From positions 6,748-70,747 of the IMG/VR virus record IMGVR_UViG_2933330693_000001: a stretch of DNA of 64,000 bases; one strand, 5' to 3'. The position numbers and the translations under genes were made by a program. Positions 1-10,382 of the stretch are shown here, in pieces. Below the pieces are notes generated by a model. It had not been told where the DNA came from. It did no database searches and was given only the letters and a program-made list of their open reading frames with translations. Numbering within the stretch: the first letter of the stretch is position 1; the number at the start of each line of letters is the position of its first letter. The DNA comes from a virus. Taxonomy: Duplodnaviria > Caudoviricetes.

Positions 1-25
1 GCGCCGCCGCCCAGGAGGCGACGCC

Positions 26-265
26 GTGACCCCGCAGACGCTGTGCATCCTCGCCATCGCCGCCGCAGCCATCGTCATCGGCCGTCACACCCCGGCATCG
101 CGGGCCCGCCGCGAGCGCAACCGCGCCGAGCGGGTTGCCGCCGCCCGCCGCCGAACCGAACGGCTCGGCATGGTCGGCCACCTCGCCGTCCACGACAACG
201 AGGCACTGTTCCTGCGGTTCCTCGCCGACCACCCCGAGCTCCGCAGCATCCGGAAGGGGGCGTGA
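26..265 (+). CDS. Small phage membrane-anchored hypothetical protein
   Basis: N-terminal hydrophobic stretch; stop overlaps next start (TGATG). Confidence 0.55.
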   Translation: MTPQTLCILAIAAAAIVIGRHTPASRARRERNRAERVAAARRRTERLGMVGHLAVHDNEALFLRFLADHPELRSIRKGA

Positions 266-504
266 TGCACGACCTCACCGCCCACGAGGCGCTCCTGCGC
301 GACGCACTCCACGCCGAAGTCGACGACCTCGAACCTTGCGACTGCCTCCCCCAGATCCTGGCCGCCGCCCGACGGGGCGCCCCCTGGCTCCTCGCCCTCC
401 TCGCCGGCATCGGCATCGCCCTCATCGCCGCCGGCATCCTCCTCGCCACCCAGCAGCACGGCGAGCCCACCCCGACCGCCACCACCCGCCTGCTGGAGGC
501 GTAG
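265..504 (+). CDS. Phage hypothetical protein with one TM helix
   Basis: ATG at 265 coupled to previous stop; WLLALLAGIGIALIAAGILLA. Confidence 0.55.
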   Translation: MHDLTAHEALLRDALHAEVDDLEPCDCLPQILAAARRGAPWLLALLAGIGIALIAAGILLATQQHGEPTPTATTRLLEA

Positions 505-912
505 ATGACCACCAACACCCCCGCCACGCTTACCACCCGCCAGGAGCTGGCCCCCGCCGCCGCGCGTCTGCGCTGCGACCACCGCTTCCCCGTCCAGCCG
601 CCCCACGGCAGCCTCTCCTACCCGGGCCCGTGCCAGCACTGCGGCGTGCCGCACGCGGCGTCCAGCCCCGTCGCGGACCAGCTGCGCGAGCCCTTGGCCG
701 CCTGGCTGGAGAAGGCCGCCAAGAGCTTCGACGACGAGACGTACGAGGACGCCATCGAGTGCCCCTCCTGCGGTGACGGCTGTCACGAGGACCACGGCAC
801 GATGCGGGTCCACTCGTTCTGTGGGAGAACGATCGGCGCCGACGCCGAGCGCTGCGCCTGCTTCGATGAGGCGCTGGCCGTGGCCCGCGCCGTCAACGGC
901 GGCGCGTCATGA
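505..912 (+). CDS. Cys-rich phage hypothetical protein
   Basis: CQHC and CPSC motifs; translationally coupled. Confidence 0.6.
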   Translation: MTTNTPATLTTRQELAPAAARLRCDHRFPVQPPHGSLSYPGPCQHCGVPHAASSPVADQLREPLAAWLEKAAKSFDDETYEDAIECPSCGDGCHEDHGTMRVHSFCGRTIGADAERCACFDEALAVARAVNGGAS

Positions 913-1214
913 CCCACACCACGACGTCCGGGGCCCCCACCATCGGGGGTGGGGCCCCGGCCACCCAGCCCCCGGCCAGCACACCCCTCCCCGCGCTGGC
1001 CGGGCTCGACCCCTACACCCGCGCCTGGACCTACTGGGCCGCCGCCGTCATCGCCACCTTCACCGCGATCGAGACGGCCGCCCTCATGCGGGCACCCAGC
1101 CGCGGCACCCTCACCGCCCAACTCCGCCGCAAGCGGGCGCTCAGCGCCGCCGGCATCGCCCTCTTCGCGGCGTGGGCCGTCCACCACATCGGATGGCAGG
1201 GGCGCGAATCATGA
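909..1214 (+). CDS. Small two-TM phage protein
   Basis: Two hydrophobic helices; ATGA overlaps at both ends. Confidence 0.55.
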   Translation: MTHTTTSGAPTIGGGAPATQPPASTPLPALAGLDPYTRAWTYWAAAVIATFTAIETAALMRAPSRGTLTAQLRRKRALSAAGIALFAAWAVHHIGWQGRES

Positions 1215-1684
1215 GCCGCTCGAAAGCGATCGGGACATCCGCGGAGACCGCCGTCGTCCGCGCCCTCCGCACCCACGGCTACCCGCACGCCGAACGCCGC
1301 GCCCTCGCCGGCGTCCACGACCTCGGCGACATCACCGGCACCCCCGGCGTGTGCTGGGAGGTGAAAGGCGGCGACGCCGCCCGCACCGCCAGCGACAACC
1401 AGATCGCCGACTGGATGGCCGAGACCGAGAAGGAACGCGCCAACGCGAGCGCCGACATCGGCGTGCTCGTCATCCAGCGCAAGGGCGTCGGCGCCGCGAA
1501 CGCACACCGCTGGTGGGCGTACACCACCAGCGCGGTCCTCGCTCAGCTCATGGAGCCGTCGGTCGCCCTGTACGACGAGGCGCCGATCGTGCCCGTGCGG
1601 ATGCTCCTCGCCGACCTCACCCAGGTGCTCCGGTGGGCCGGCTACGGCGAACCGCTGCCCGAGCAGCTGGAGGTGCCGGCATGA
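1211..1684 (+). CDS. Holliday junction resolvase-like PD-(D/E)XK nuclease
   Basis: SKAIGTSAETAVV...DLGDI...WEVK, typical of actinophage Hjc-like resolvases. Confidence 0.75.
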   Translation: MSRSKAIGTSAETAVVRALRTHGYPHAERRALAGVHDLGDITGTPGVCWEVKGGDAARTASDNQIADWMAETEKERANASADIGVLVIQRKGVGAANAHRWWAYTTSAVLAQLMEPSVALYDEAPIVPVRMLLADLTQVLRWAGYGEPLPEQLEVPA

Positions 1685-2124
1685 CCACCATCACGCTGCC
1701 CCTCCACCAGCGGCTCCGCCACCTCCGCCAAGACAACGACCTCGACCAGCAGCAGCTCGCCCCCGCCGCTGGCGTCTCCACCAGCGCCCTCCGACGCTGG
1801 GAACTCGGCCACGCCAGCCCGTACATCGGCCACGCCACTGCCGTCGCCCGGGCGCTCCACCACGAGATCGTCATCACCCGGCACGGCGTCGTCATCGCCA
1901 CCCTCGCCGAGACGCTGTCCGACTCGGCAGGGTTCCGACACCGCCAGCACGCCACCCGCGCCGACCTAGCCGCCCTCCTTTACATCAGCCACCTCAGCGT
2001 CGGCATCACCGAACGCAAGGCCGCCGCTGGCCGGCAGCTCACGGTGGCGACGCTGGAGCGGTATTTCGAAGCGCTCGGCTATCAGATCGGCCTCGCCCCC
2101 GCCGAGGCGGTGGCACCGTGCTGA
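1681..2124 (+). CDS. XRE-family HTH regulator (probably two HTH domains)
   Basis: LRHLRQDNDLDQQQLAPAAGVSTSALRRWELG; second unit ending LERYFEALGY. Confidence 0.75.
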   Translation: MTTITLPLHQRLRHLRQDNDLDQQQLAPAAGVSTSALRRWELGHASPYIGHATAVARALHHEIVITRHGVVIATLAETLSDSAGFRHRQHATRADLAALLYISHLSVGITERKAAAGRQLTVATLERYFEALGYQIGLAPAEAVAPC

Positions 2125-3785
2125 CCCTCATGGACTGGTTCTGCGGAGCTGGCGGCAGCAGCCAGGGCGCCCACGCCGTACCCGGCGTCGAAGTCACCCG
2201 CGCCGCCAACCACTGGGCCCGGGCGATCGAGAGTCACAGCATCAACTTCCCCACCGTCGACCACTACCTCGGCGACATCCGCGAAGCGCCCGTCGACCGC
2301 TGGCCCGTCTGCGACATCTTCTGGGCCTCCCCCGAATGCCCGCAATGGTCCAACGCCCGCGGCAAGCGCCGCGACTTCGCCACCTCCATGCAGGACTCCC
2401 TGTTCGGCGACGAGCGCGACGAGGAAGTCGAGCGGTCCCGCGCGCTCATGGAAGAAGTCCCCATGTACCTGCGCGGAGTCCAGCAGCGCGGAGGGCTCGT
2501 CCTGGCCGGCGTCGTCGAGAACGTCGTCGACGTCCGCGCCTGGGATCAATGGGACCGCTGGATCGGCGAGATCCGCGCCCTCGGCTACCGCACCCGGGTC
2601 ATCGCCATGAACAGCATGCACGCGCCCGCCGCACGCACCCCGCGCGCCCCGCAGTCCCGCGACCGGCTGTATGTCGCCTACTGGCACCGGACGCTCGGCC
2701 GCGACCCCGACTGGGACAAATGGCTGCGCCCCGCAGCCTGGTGCCCGGGCTGCGACGAGTGGGTGGCCGCCATGCAGGTGTTCAAGCAGCCAGGCGCCGA
2801 CATGGGCCGCTACCGCCAGCAGTACGTCTACCGGTGTCCTCGCTCGGCCTGCCGCAACGCCGTGGTGGAGCCGTCCGTGCTGCCCGCGCTGCACGCCATC
2901 GACTGGACGATCCCCGGCCAGCGGATCGGCGACCGCTCCAAGCCGCTCGCTGACAAGACGCTGGCCCGGATCCGGGCCGGGCTGGAGAAGTACGCCCGGC
3001 CGATCGCCGCGACCAAGGTCCTGGCGTGCCCGCCGCTCATGGTGCCGGCGGGCGGCACCTGGCGGGACGACGCAGTCCCGGTGACCGAGCCGATGCCGAC
3101 CAGGACGACCCGCGAGAACGACGGCGTCGCGATCGTGCCGCCGCTGCTCGTCCCCGTCGAGGGGCGGGACGGCAAGGAGGCCAGCCCGGCCGACGCGCCG
3201 CTGCGCACCCAGACTGCCCGCAACGAAACCGGGCTGGCGTGGCTGCCGTTCGTCGCCGAGCTCCGCGGCGGCGGCAGCGACGCCCGGTCGGTCAGCGAGG
3301 CGCTGGCCACCGTGACCGCGTCCGGCAACCATCACGGGCTGTGCGTGCCGCCCGGCTTCGTGATGCGCAACAACACGCCGCGCGGCGGTGCCGGACACCT
3401 ATGCACGCCGTTCGACGAACCGCTGCGGGCCCTCACCACGGCCGGCCACCAGTCGGTCGTCACCTGGGAATCGCTGCTCGTGCCGTACTACGGCAAGGGC
3501 AACGCCCGCCCCGCGGGCGAACCGATCGGCACCCTGTCCACCCGCGACCGGTACGCCGTCGTCAACGGCCTCGCCGACCTCGACCTCGACGACGTGCTGT
3601 TCCGGATGCTGGAGCCTCACGAGATCGGCCGCGCCATGGCCTTCGGCCAGGACTACGTGGTGCTCGGCAACAAGCGGGAGAAGGTCCGCCAGTACGGCAA
3701 CGCCGTCACCCCGCCCGTCGCCGAAATCATCGTGTCCGCGCTGGTCGAGGCCATCACCGGCGAGCAGCTGGAGCGCGCGTCATGA
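2118..3785 (+). CDS. DNA (cytosine-5) methyltransferase
   Basis: Motif I DWFCGAGG, catalytic SPEC, ENV, QSRDR, C-terminal YGNAV. Confidence 0.92.
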   Translation: MLTLMDWFCGAGGSSQGAHAVPGVEVTRAANHWARAIESHSINFPTVDHYLGDIREAPVDRWPVCDIFWASPECPQWSNARGKRRDFATSMQDSLFGDERDEEVERSRALMEEVPMYLRGVQQRGGLVLAGVVENVVDVRAWDQWDRWIGEIRALGYRTRVIAMNSMHAPAARTPRAPQSRDRLYVAYWHRTLGRDPDWDKWLRPAAWCPGCDEWVAAMQVFKQPGADMGRYRQQYVYRCPRSACRNAVVEPSVLPALHAIDWTIPGQRIGDRSKPLADKTLARIRAGLEKYARPIAATKVLACPPLMVPAGGTWRDDAVPVTEPMPTRTTRENDGVAIVPPLLVPVEGRDGKEASPADAPLRTQTARNETGLAWLPFVAELRGGGSDARSVSEALATVTASGNHHGLCVPPGFVMRNNTPRGGAGHLCTPFDEPLRALTTAGHQSVVTWESLLVPYYGKGNARPAGEPIGTLSTRDRYAVVNGLADLDLDDVLFRMLEPHEIGRAMAFGQDYVVLGNKREKVRQYGNAVTPPVAEIIVSALVEAITGEQLERAS

Positions 3786-4234
3786 GCAGCCAGCCGATCC
3801 TGATCATCTGCCTCGACTGCGAGAAGCCCGGCCGCCACAACGGCCGCGGCCTGTGCATGACCTGCTACGCCCGCCACCACGACGCCGGCACCCTCCACCA
3901 CTGGCCGTCCGTCAAAGGCGACCGCGCCTGGCAGCAGAACTACCGGCTCCCCGAGCCGACGCCCGAACCGCAGCCCGCCCGAACCAACAACGGCGCATGG
4001 ACACAACGGGCCGCCTGCCGCAACGAGGACCCTGAACTCTGGTTTCCGGTCTCCACCAGCGACGACGACCCGCAGGTGCGGAAGGCGAAAGCCATCTGCC
4101 GCGGCTGCCCCGCCCTCGCCGCCTGCCACACCTGGGTGACCTTCCACCCCCAGAAGTACGGCATCTGGGCCGCCACCACCCCGCAGCAGCGCCGCCACAT
4201 CGCGCTCCGCATCCCCGAAGGGACCTCAGCATGA
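3782..4234 (+). CDS. WhiB-family transcription factor with N-terminal Zn-finger
   Basis: WTQRAACRNEDPELWFP...AKAICRGCPALAAC...YGIWA; N-terminal CLDC...GLCMTCY. Confidence 0.88.
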   Translation: MSSQPILIICLDCEKPGRHNGRGLCMTCYARHHDAGTLHHWPSVKGDRAWQQNYRLPEPTPEPQPARTNNGAWTQRAACRNEDPELWFPVSTSDDDPQVRKAKAICRGCPALAACHTWVTFHPQKYGIWAATTPQQRRHIALRIPEGTSA

Positions 4235-4527
4235 CCGCCACCACCGCAGCCAGCAGCATCACCGACTGGATCCGCCCCTGGTACGTCGGCGCCGTCCTCA
4301 CCCACCCCCAACTCGGCGGCCACATCGAAGGCCACATCTACCCCGACTGCGAGCGCCTCCTCCGCATCGAGTCGCAGCCCCGCGAAGGGTCCGGCTGGCT
4401 CGACCCCCACACCGGCTACGTGTGCGCGTCCTGCACCGACCGCAGAACCTCATCGCTCCGGCCAGCCACCCCGCGCCTATCCGGAGCGACCGCCACGTCA
4501 AACGTCACCGTGGAGTCCGCAGCATGA
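4231..4527 (+). CDS. Phage hypothetical protein
   Basis: Coupled ORF; HIYPDC...CASC. Confidence 0.5.
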   Translation: MTATTAASSITDWIRPWYVGAVLTHPQLGGHIEGHIYPDCERLLRIESQPREGSGWLDPHTGYVCASCTDRRTSSLRPATPRLSGATATSNVTVESAA

Positions 4528-5606
4528 AGCTCACCATCGACCCCAAGCTGCTCGCCGACACCGTCGCCTGGGCCGCCCGCGCCCTCCCCACCCGGCCCCC
4601 CATCCCCGTCCTCGCCGGCCTCATGCTCGCAGCCCACGACGACCAGCTCGACGTCTCCGCCTTCGACTACGACATGTCGATGCGGGCCACCATCCCCGCC
4701 GACGTCGCCGAACCCGGCCTCATCGTGCTGCCCGGGCGGGTTCTGACCGAGATCGCCAAAGCGCTGCCCACCACCTCGTACGTCGAGATCACCGCCGACA
4801 ACCGGGAAGCGGGCATCAGGTGCGGGCGCTCCGACTACACCCTCCCCACCCTCCCCGCCGACGACTACCCCACCCTCCCCGAACCGCCCGACCCCGTCGG
4901 CAGCATCAACGCCGACCAGCTCGCCGCCGCCGTCGCACAAGTCGCCGCCGCCGCAGGCAAGGACGACACCCTGCCCATGCTCACCGGCGTCCGCATCGAC
5001 GCCGACGGCGGCCAGCTCACCCTCGCCGCCACCGACCGGTACCGAATCGCCGTCCGCGACCTCACCTGGGCACCCAACGGCGCCCCGTTCGGCCACCTCA
5101 TCCCCGCCCGGCACCTGCACGACATCACCAAGGGGCTCGGCCACGGCGACGTCCAGATCGGCGTCGGCGACGGGCTCGCCGCCTTCACCACCGGCAGCAG
5201 GCACACCACCGTCCGGCTGCTCGACGACCAGTTCATCGACTACCGCAAGCGGATCAGCTACGAGCCAGCCATCACCGCCACCGTGGACGCCGCCACCCTC
5301 GCCGCCGCCATCAAAAGGGTCGGCCTCGTCGCGGACCGCACCACCGCCATCCGCCTCGCATTCGACCGCGAGCAGGTGCTCGTCCGCGCCGGCGGCGCCG
5401 ACATCGGCCGCGGCAGCGAAACCGTCGAATGCGCGCTGACCGGCGACCCCATCGAGATCGCCTTCCAGTCGCAGTACCTGCTCGACGCCCTCGGCGCCAT
5501 CGACGGGACCGCCCACATCGGCATGGACGGGGCGAGGAAGCCCGCCCTGTTCCGGTCCGGCGACGACTCCTACCGGTGCCTCGTCATGAGCCTCCGGGTC
5601 AGCTAA
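4524..5606 (+). CDS. dnaN: DNA polymerase III beta sliding clamp (phage copy)
   Basis: ARALPTRPPIPVLAG, SAFDY, DDTLPMLTGV, LAATDRYR, IAFQSQYLLDAL; 360 aa. Confidence 0.92.
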   Translation: MKLTIDPKLLADTVAWAARALPTRPPIPVLAGLMLAAHDDQLDVSAFDYDMSMRATIPADVAEPGLIVLPGRVLTEIAKALPTTSYVEITADNREAGIRCGRSDYTLPTLPADDYPTLPEPPDPVGSINADQLAAAVAQVAAAAGKDDTLPMLTGVRIDADGGQLTLAATDRYRIAVRDLTWAPNGAPFGHLIPARHLHDITKGLGHGDVQIGVGDGLAAFTTGSRHTTVRLLDDQFIDYRKRISYEPAITATVDAATLAAAIKRVGLVADRTTAIRLAFDREQVLVRAGGADIGRGSETVECALTGDPIEIAFQSQYLLDALGAIDGTAHIGMDGARKPALFRSGDDSYRCLVMSLRVS

Positions 5607-6616
5607 TGGCCGCGGTCATCATCCGCGGCGACGCCCGCGCACTCCCCCTCCCCGACGCCAGCGTCGACCTCATCATCACCTCGCCGCCCTACTGGGCGCT
5701 GCGCGACTACCGCGACGGCGAGACGAGCCTTGAGGGACAGATCGGCAACGAGCCCACCCCGTGGGGCTACCTCGGCGCGCTGTGGGAGGCCACCGCCGAG
5801 TGGGTGCGCGTTCTCAAGCCGTCCGGATCGCTGTTCGTCGTCCTGGGCGACAAGTGGGCCAACCGGACCCGCGGGGCGTGGAGAGGCTCCAGCGACGGCT
5901 ACACGGGTCGCGGAGACAGTCCCCGCTACGTCCGGCCGAAGGACCTGCCGGAGAAGTCGCTGATCGGTTTGCCGTGGCGGTACGCGATCGGCTGCATCGA
6001 CCAGCTCGGGCTGATCCTCCGCTCGGAGATCGTGTGGTCGAAGCCGTCGCCGATGCCGGAGTCAGTGACCGACCGGGCCCGGCGCAGCCACGAGCAGGTG
6101 TTCCACTTCACGCTGCGGCAGCGCTACTTCTCGGCGACCGACGCCATCCGGGAGCCGCACAAAGCGCCGCGGCGGACCGCCGGCGTGACCGCGTTCGGTG
6201 CCCGGGACCGGAACATCGCTCGGACCGCGACGGGCGACTACGTCGGGCCGAACCCGCTGGGCGCGATCCCGGGCAGCGTGTGGGAGATCGCGACCCAGCC
6301 GCTCCTAGCGCCCGAGGAGCTGACGATCGGCCACGACGCCGCCTACCCGCCGGCGCTGGTCCGGCGGATCGTCCTCGGCTGGTCGCCGGAGGGCGGAACG
6401 GTGCTCGACCCGTTCGGCGGCAGCGGCACCACAGCGCTCGTCGCCTCCACGCTCGGCCGCCGCGGCGTCACCGTCGACCGGTCGGCAGGCTACTGCCGGC
6501 TCGCCCAGTGGCGCACCACCGATCCGGGAGAGCGGGCTCGCGCACTCGGGCTCCCCAGGCCCAAGCCCGTCCCTGAGGCGCAACAGCCGCTCCTCGACGA
6601 CGAGGTGCTCCCATGA
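5606..6616 (+). CDS. DNA amino-methyltransferase (N4C/N6A, beta class)
   Basis: SVDLIITSPPY precedes VLDPFGGSGTT; HEQVFHF. Confidence 0.9.
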   Translation: MAAVIIRGDARALPLPDASVDLIITSPPYWALRDYRDGETSLEGQIGNEPTPWGYLGALWEATAEWVRVLKPSGSLFVVLGDKWANRTRGAWRGSSDGYTGRGDSPRYVRPKDLPEKSLIGLPWRYAIGCIDQLGLILRSEIVWSKPSPMPESVTDRARRSHEQVFHFTLRQRYFSATDAIREPHKAPRRTAGVTAFGARDRNIARTATGDYVGPNPLGAIPGSVWEIATQPLLAPEELTIGHDAAYPPALVRRIVLGWSPEGGTVLDPFGGSGTTALVASTLGRRGVTVDRSAGYCRLAQWRTTDPGERARALGLPRPKPVPEAQQPLLDDEVLP

Positions 6617-6837
6617 AGCCGTGCACCCGCTGGGACGCCGCCGCAGGCCAGCACTGCGGCGGCACCCCCACACGCCTCTACATCACCGGGCCGCGCTGCG
6701 CCTCCTGCACGCCAGCCGCCCTCGCCGGACAGCCCGAGCCGGGCCAAGGCGCGCACTGCGCCCCAAACCGGCTGTACTGCCCGCCCACCAGCCGATGCAC
6801 CACCTGCACCGCACAACTCGGCGAGGCGACCGCATGA
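6613..6837 (+). CDS. Small Cys-rich protein
   Basis: Multiple Cys, CASC, CTTC; coupled. Confidence 0.55.
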   Translation: MKPCTRWDAAAGQHCGGTPTRLYITGPRCASCTPAALAGQPEPGQGAHCAPNRLYCPPTSRCTTCTAQLGEATA

Positions 6838-7139
6838 CGCTCACCCTCCAGGACGTGCTCGCCCGCGGGCTCACCACGCGAACCCTCACCCGCTGGATCG
6901 CCCAAGGCCACCTCCGGCCCCGGCTCGGCGGCCACGGCAAGGCGCGCCACTGGCCCCAGCACGAGCTGCAGATCGCCGACCTGATGCTGCGCCTCACCGA
7001 CGGCGGACTTACCACCGGAGTCGCCGCCCTCATCGCCCGAACCCACATCGCCGGCGACAGGCTCCCGCTCATCAAACTCGCCCCCGGCCTGGTGCTCGCC
7101 ATCGACACCGACCTGCTCACCGAAGCAGGCACACGGTGA
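6834..7139 (+). CDS. MerR-like HTH protein
   Basis: GLTTRTLTRWIAQGHLRP...GHGKARHW. Confidence 0.6.
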   Translation: MTLTLQDVLARGLTTRTLTRWIAQGHLRPRLGGHGKARHWPQHELQIADLMLRLTDGGLTTGVAALIARTHIAGDRLPLIKLAPGLVLAIDTDLLTEAGTR

Positions 7140-7151
7140 CAGCGGACCGCC

Positions 7152-7343
7152 ATGCCATGGGTCAGCACGTGCGCCACCTGCCGGCGGCCGGCCACCCGCA
7201 TCATCACCGGCCGCCGACCCGGCCGCACCCTCTACAGCGCCCTGTCCTGCGACACCTGCGCCCCCAAGCACCGCGCAAAAGCCGCAGACGCCGGGCCCGT
7301 CACCGAAGAACAGCTCGAGACCGAGCAGGACCCGCTGTTCTGA
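7152..7343 (+). CDS. Small Zn-finger protein
   Basis: CATC...CDTC. Confidence 0.5.
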   Translation: MPWVSTCATCRRPATRIITGRRPGRTLYSALSCDTCAPKHRAKAADAGPVTEEQLETEQDPLF

Positions 7344-7400
7344 GCCCCACCCCATGGCCACCCGTCCGAGCACCACAAGCACCGCATCCAGGGGGACCGG

Positions 7401-10334
7401 TTGACCTCCCAGCAGGACCCGCCACAAGCCGACCTCGACGAGGCACGGCGCTGGCTCACAACGCTCCACGGCGGCGCCCCCGGCCTCATCAACATCGTGT
7501 CGACCGGCAACTGGACCGGCCAGAGCTACACCACCGACGACGCCGGCATCGACGCCGCCATCAACTACATCGCCCGCCTCGACAAGCAGAAGCGGCCCGG
7601 CATCTACGCCCGCGCCACCACACTCACCGCCGCCCCGAAGCCCGGCAGCCGCGGACTCGCCGCCGACTCGCTGTCCTTCCCCGGCTTCTGGGCCGACATC
7701 GACATCGCCGGCCCCGGCCACAAACACGAGGCCTGCGGCGACGACTGCCGAAAGCAGCACACCCATGCCAAGCTGCCGCTGCCCCCCACCCCCGACGACG
7801 GCCAGCGCATCCTCGACGCCGCCGGGCTACCCGAACCCACCATGTGGATCCAGTCCGGCGGCGGCTGGTACCCGTGGCACCTGCTCGACCAGCCGGTCAC
7901 CCTCACCCCTGCCAACCGCGACGACATCGCCACCCTGTCTGCCCGCTGGCAGATCGTCATCGAAGCCGGCGCCCACCGGCTCGGCTGGCACTACGGCCGC
8001 GGCGTCGGCGACCTCGCCCGCGTCCTCCGCATCCCCGGCACCATCAACCGCAAAGCCAACCAGGAGCGGCGCTGCCGGGTCGTCGAAGCGTCCGGCGCCA
8101 CCTACAGCCTCGACGAGCTGGCCACCCTGCTCTACTCGATCGACCTGCCCGACCCCGAACCCGCCAAGCACCAGACGCCGCCCGCGCGCCCCCGCCCCAC
8201 CCACATCGCGCCCGGCACCATCGGCCCCTACGACGCGCTCGGCGAAGTCTGCGAATGGCGGGACCTGCTCGAACCGTACGGCTTCCGCTACATCCGCTCC
8301 GAACGCGACGGCGCCGAACTGTGGAAGTACTCCGGGTCGTCCACCGAATCCGAGTACTCGCTGCGCGCCTGGCCGCACGTCCTCGTCAACTTCTCCGAGA
8401 CCGCGCCGCTCCCCGTCGGCGCCGGCCACCGGCTCACCCACGGCAAAGTGTTCGCCCACTGGCACCACGGCGACGACCACAGCGCCGCAGGCAAAGACGT
8501 GGTGCTCGCCGCCGCCGGCCACCCCGACGCCAGCCCGGCCGCCCGCGCGCTACGCCCCGCCATCCTCGACCACATCCGGCAGCGGTGCGGCGTCCGGCCG
8601 TGGACCCCGAACACGCCGCCGCCCGCCAACGACACGCCCTGGCCCGACCAGCCCTCCGACGAGCAGGAAACCCCCGCCGCGGAGCGCCCGGCCGCTGACG
8701 CCGACCGGGTCAGCGGCGACGTGCGCCGGGCCATGGCCGCGGCCGACGAACAGCATCTGTGGGAAGGCGTCTTCCCTCAACTCGACCACGTCCACGACAG
8801 CCAGTGGTCCCTCCCCGGCAGCGACACCGCCCCCGCCGTCCTGCCCACCTTCCCGCTGCACACCTTGCCTGGCGACACCGGCAAATTCGTCGACGCCGTC
8901 GCCACCTACACCCAGACCCCGCCCGAGATCGCCGCATTCGCCACCATCGGCGCGCTCTCCGCAGTCGTCGGAAGCCACGCCACCGTCACAGGGCAGTGGA
9001 CCGAAGAAACCCTGGCCCTGTACCTGTCCACCATCGCCGACTCCGGAGACGGCAAAACCCGCGCCTTCAAGGCGGTCAACGCCCCCATCTACCGCCTCGA
9101 AACCACGCTGCGCTCCGCGTGGGACCGGGCGTACAAGGACCAAGCCGACGCCCTCGCCATAGCCGAGACAGCCCGCGAAGACCTCATCAAGAAGGTCGCC
9201 ACCGCCAACGGACCGAACCGCAACAAGCTGCTCGCCGACCTGGACAGCGTCAAAGAGACGATCAAAGAACTCACCGGCCCGCCCCGGCCGCAGCTCCTCG
9301 CCGGCGACATCCTGCCCGAGGCGCTCGCCAAGCTGATGCACAAGGTCGGCGGGCACATCGCGATCGTGTCCGCCGAAGGCACCTTCCTCGGCAACATCTG
9401 CGGGCGCTACAACAACGGCCGACCGAACCTCGAGTTCGTGCTCGTCTCCTGGGACGCCAGCGAGCCGTGGCGGCCCGAACGGATCTCCCGCGACGCCTTC
9501 GAGCTGGACCGGCCATCCCTGACACTGTCGCTGTCTGTCCAGCCCGTCGTCATCGAAGAAGCGGTTGCGTCCAAGGCGGTCACCGACAAGGGGCTGCTCA
9601 ACCGGTTCCTCCTCGCCCGGCCCGAATCGCTGGTCGGAGACCGCGACATGAAGCCGCCGGCCGTGCCCGCCCACCTGGCGCAGGCATGGGACGAATGCGT
9701 CCGCCGCGCCTTCTACGCCGTGTGCCCGGAAGGGCGCATGTTCGACGACGACGGCAACCCGCTCCCGCCCGTCCCCATGCAGGTGGGCGAAGAGGGGGAG
9801 GCGCTGATGCTCGACTGGCGCACCCGGCACGAGAAGAGGCTCGACCCGAACTCCGGTGACCTGAACCGCATCAAGGGGTGGATGTCGCGGGCGCCCGGCA
9901 ACGCCTACCGGCTCGCCGCGCTGCTCCACCTCGCCGCCGGCCACAGCCCGCGCACCGTGATCGGGCCTGAGCCGATGGCTGACGCGCTCACCATCATCGA
10001 CTACTGCGTCCCCCACGCCATCGGCATCCTCGCCTCCGACGATGGCTCCACGCCGGCCGCCGGGAAGCCCGCCTGGGTGCAGGCCGCGTGTGGCCACATC
10101 TTGGCGTGGATCCGGAAGAAGGGCATGAGCGAGTTCACCGCGAGCCACGTCACGCAGGGACTCAAGGGGCGTTCGTGGGTGAAGGAGCACGGCGCGCCCG
10201 GAGTGCGAGGCGTCCTGTTGGCGCTGGCCGCTGACGGCTGGCTGGCGACGGTGGCCCGGTGCGACGCGGCGGGGCGGCGGCTGTCTGACCCGCTGTTCGT
10301 GTCCCATCCGGAGTTGGTCGGGGGGCGGCGGTGA
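7401..10334 (+). CDS. RepB-like AEP primase fused to DUF3987/YfjI-like P-loop domain (replication protein)
   Basis: WADID, SGGGWYPW, DLARVLRIPGTINRK (primase); SGDGKT, ILPEAL, LSVQP, GLLNRFL (DUF3987-like); C-terminal winged-helix-like region. Confidence 0.8.
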   Translation: MTSQQDPPQADLDEARRWLTTLHGGAPGLINIVSTGNWTGQSYTTDDAGIDAAINYIARLDKQKRPGIYARATTLTAAPKPGSRGLAADSLSFPGFWADIDIAGPGHKHEACGDDCRKQHTHAKLPLPPTPDDGQRILDAAGLPEPTMWIQSGGGWYPWHLLDQPVTLTPANRDDIATLSARWQIVIEAGAHRLGWHYGRGVGDLARVLRIPGTINRKANQERRCRVVEASGATYSLDELATLLYSIDLPDPEPAKHQTPPARPRPTHIAPGTIGPYDALGEVCEWRDLLEPYGFRYIRSERDGAELWKYSGSSTESEYSLRAWPHVLVNFSETAPLPVGAGHRLTHGKVFAHWHHGDDHSAAGKDVVLAAAGHPDASPAARALRPAILDHIRQRCGVRPWTPNTPPPANDTPWPDQPSDEQETPAAERPAADADRVSGDVRRAMAAADEQHLWEGVFPQLDHVHDSQWSLPGSDTAPAVLPTFPLHTLPGDTGKFVDAVATYTQTPPEIAAFATIGALSAVVGSHATVTGQWTEETLALYLSTIADSGDGKTRAFKAVNAPIYRLETTLRSAWDRAYKDQADALAIAETAREDLIKKVATANGPNRNKLLADLDSVKETIKELTGPPRPQLLAGDILPEALAKLMHKVGGHIAIVSAEGTFLGNICGRYNNGRPNLEFVLVSWDASEPWRPERISRDAFELDRPSLTLSLSVQPVVIEEAVASKAVTDKGLLNRFLLARPESLVGDRDMKPPAVPAHLAQAWDECVRRAFYAVCPEGRMFDDDGNPLPPVPMQVGEEGEALMLDWRTRHEKRLDPNSGDLNRIKGWMSRAPGNAYRLAALLHLAAGHSPRTVIGPEPMADALTIIDYCVPHAIGILASDDGSTPAAGKPAWVQAACGHILAWIRKKGMSEFTASHVTQGLKGRSWVKEHGAPGVRGVLLALAADGWLATVARCDAAGRRLSDPLFVSHPELVGGRR

Positions 10335-10382
10335 AGGTTCACGCTCCGCGGCGGAGTTCTGACGGCGTACCGGTGTCTGCGG

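Noticed and set aside
4524-5606. Host oriC region implied by dnaN
   Set aside because: No dnaA, recF or gyrB; the gene is translationally coupled inside a phage early operon.
2118-6616. Restriction-modification system
   Set aside because: No cognate endonuclease next to either MTase; the only PD-(D/E)XK gene resembles a junction resolvase.
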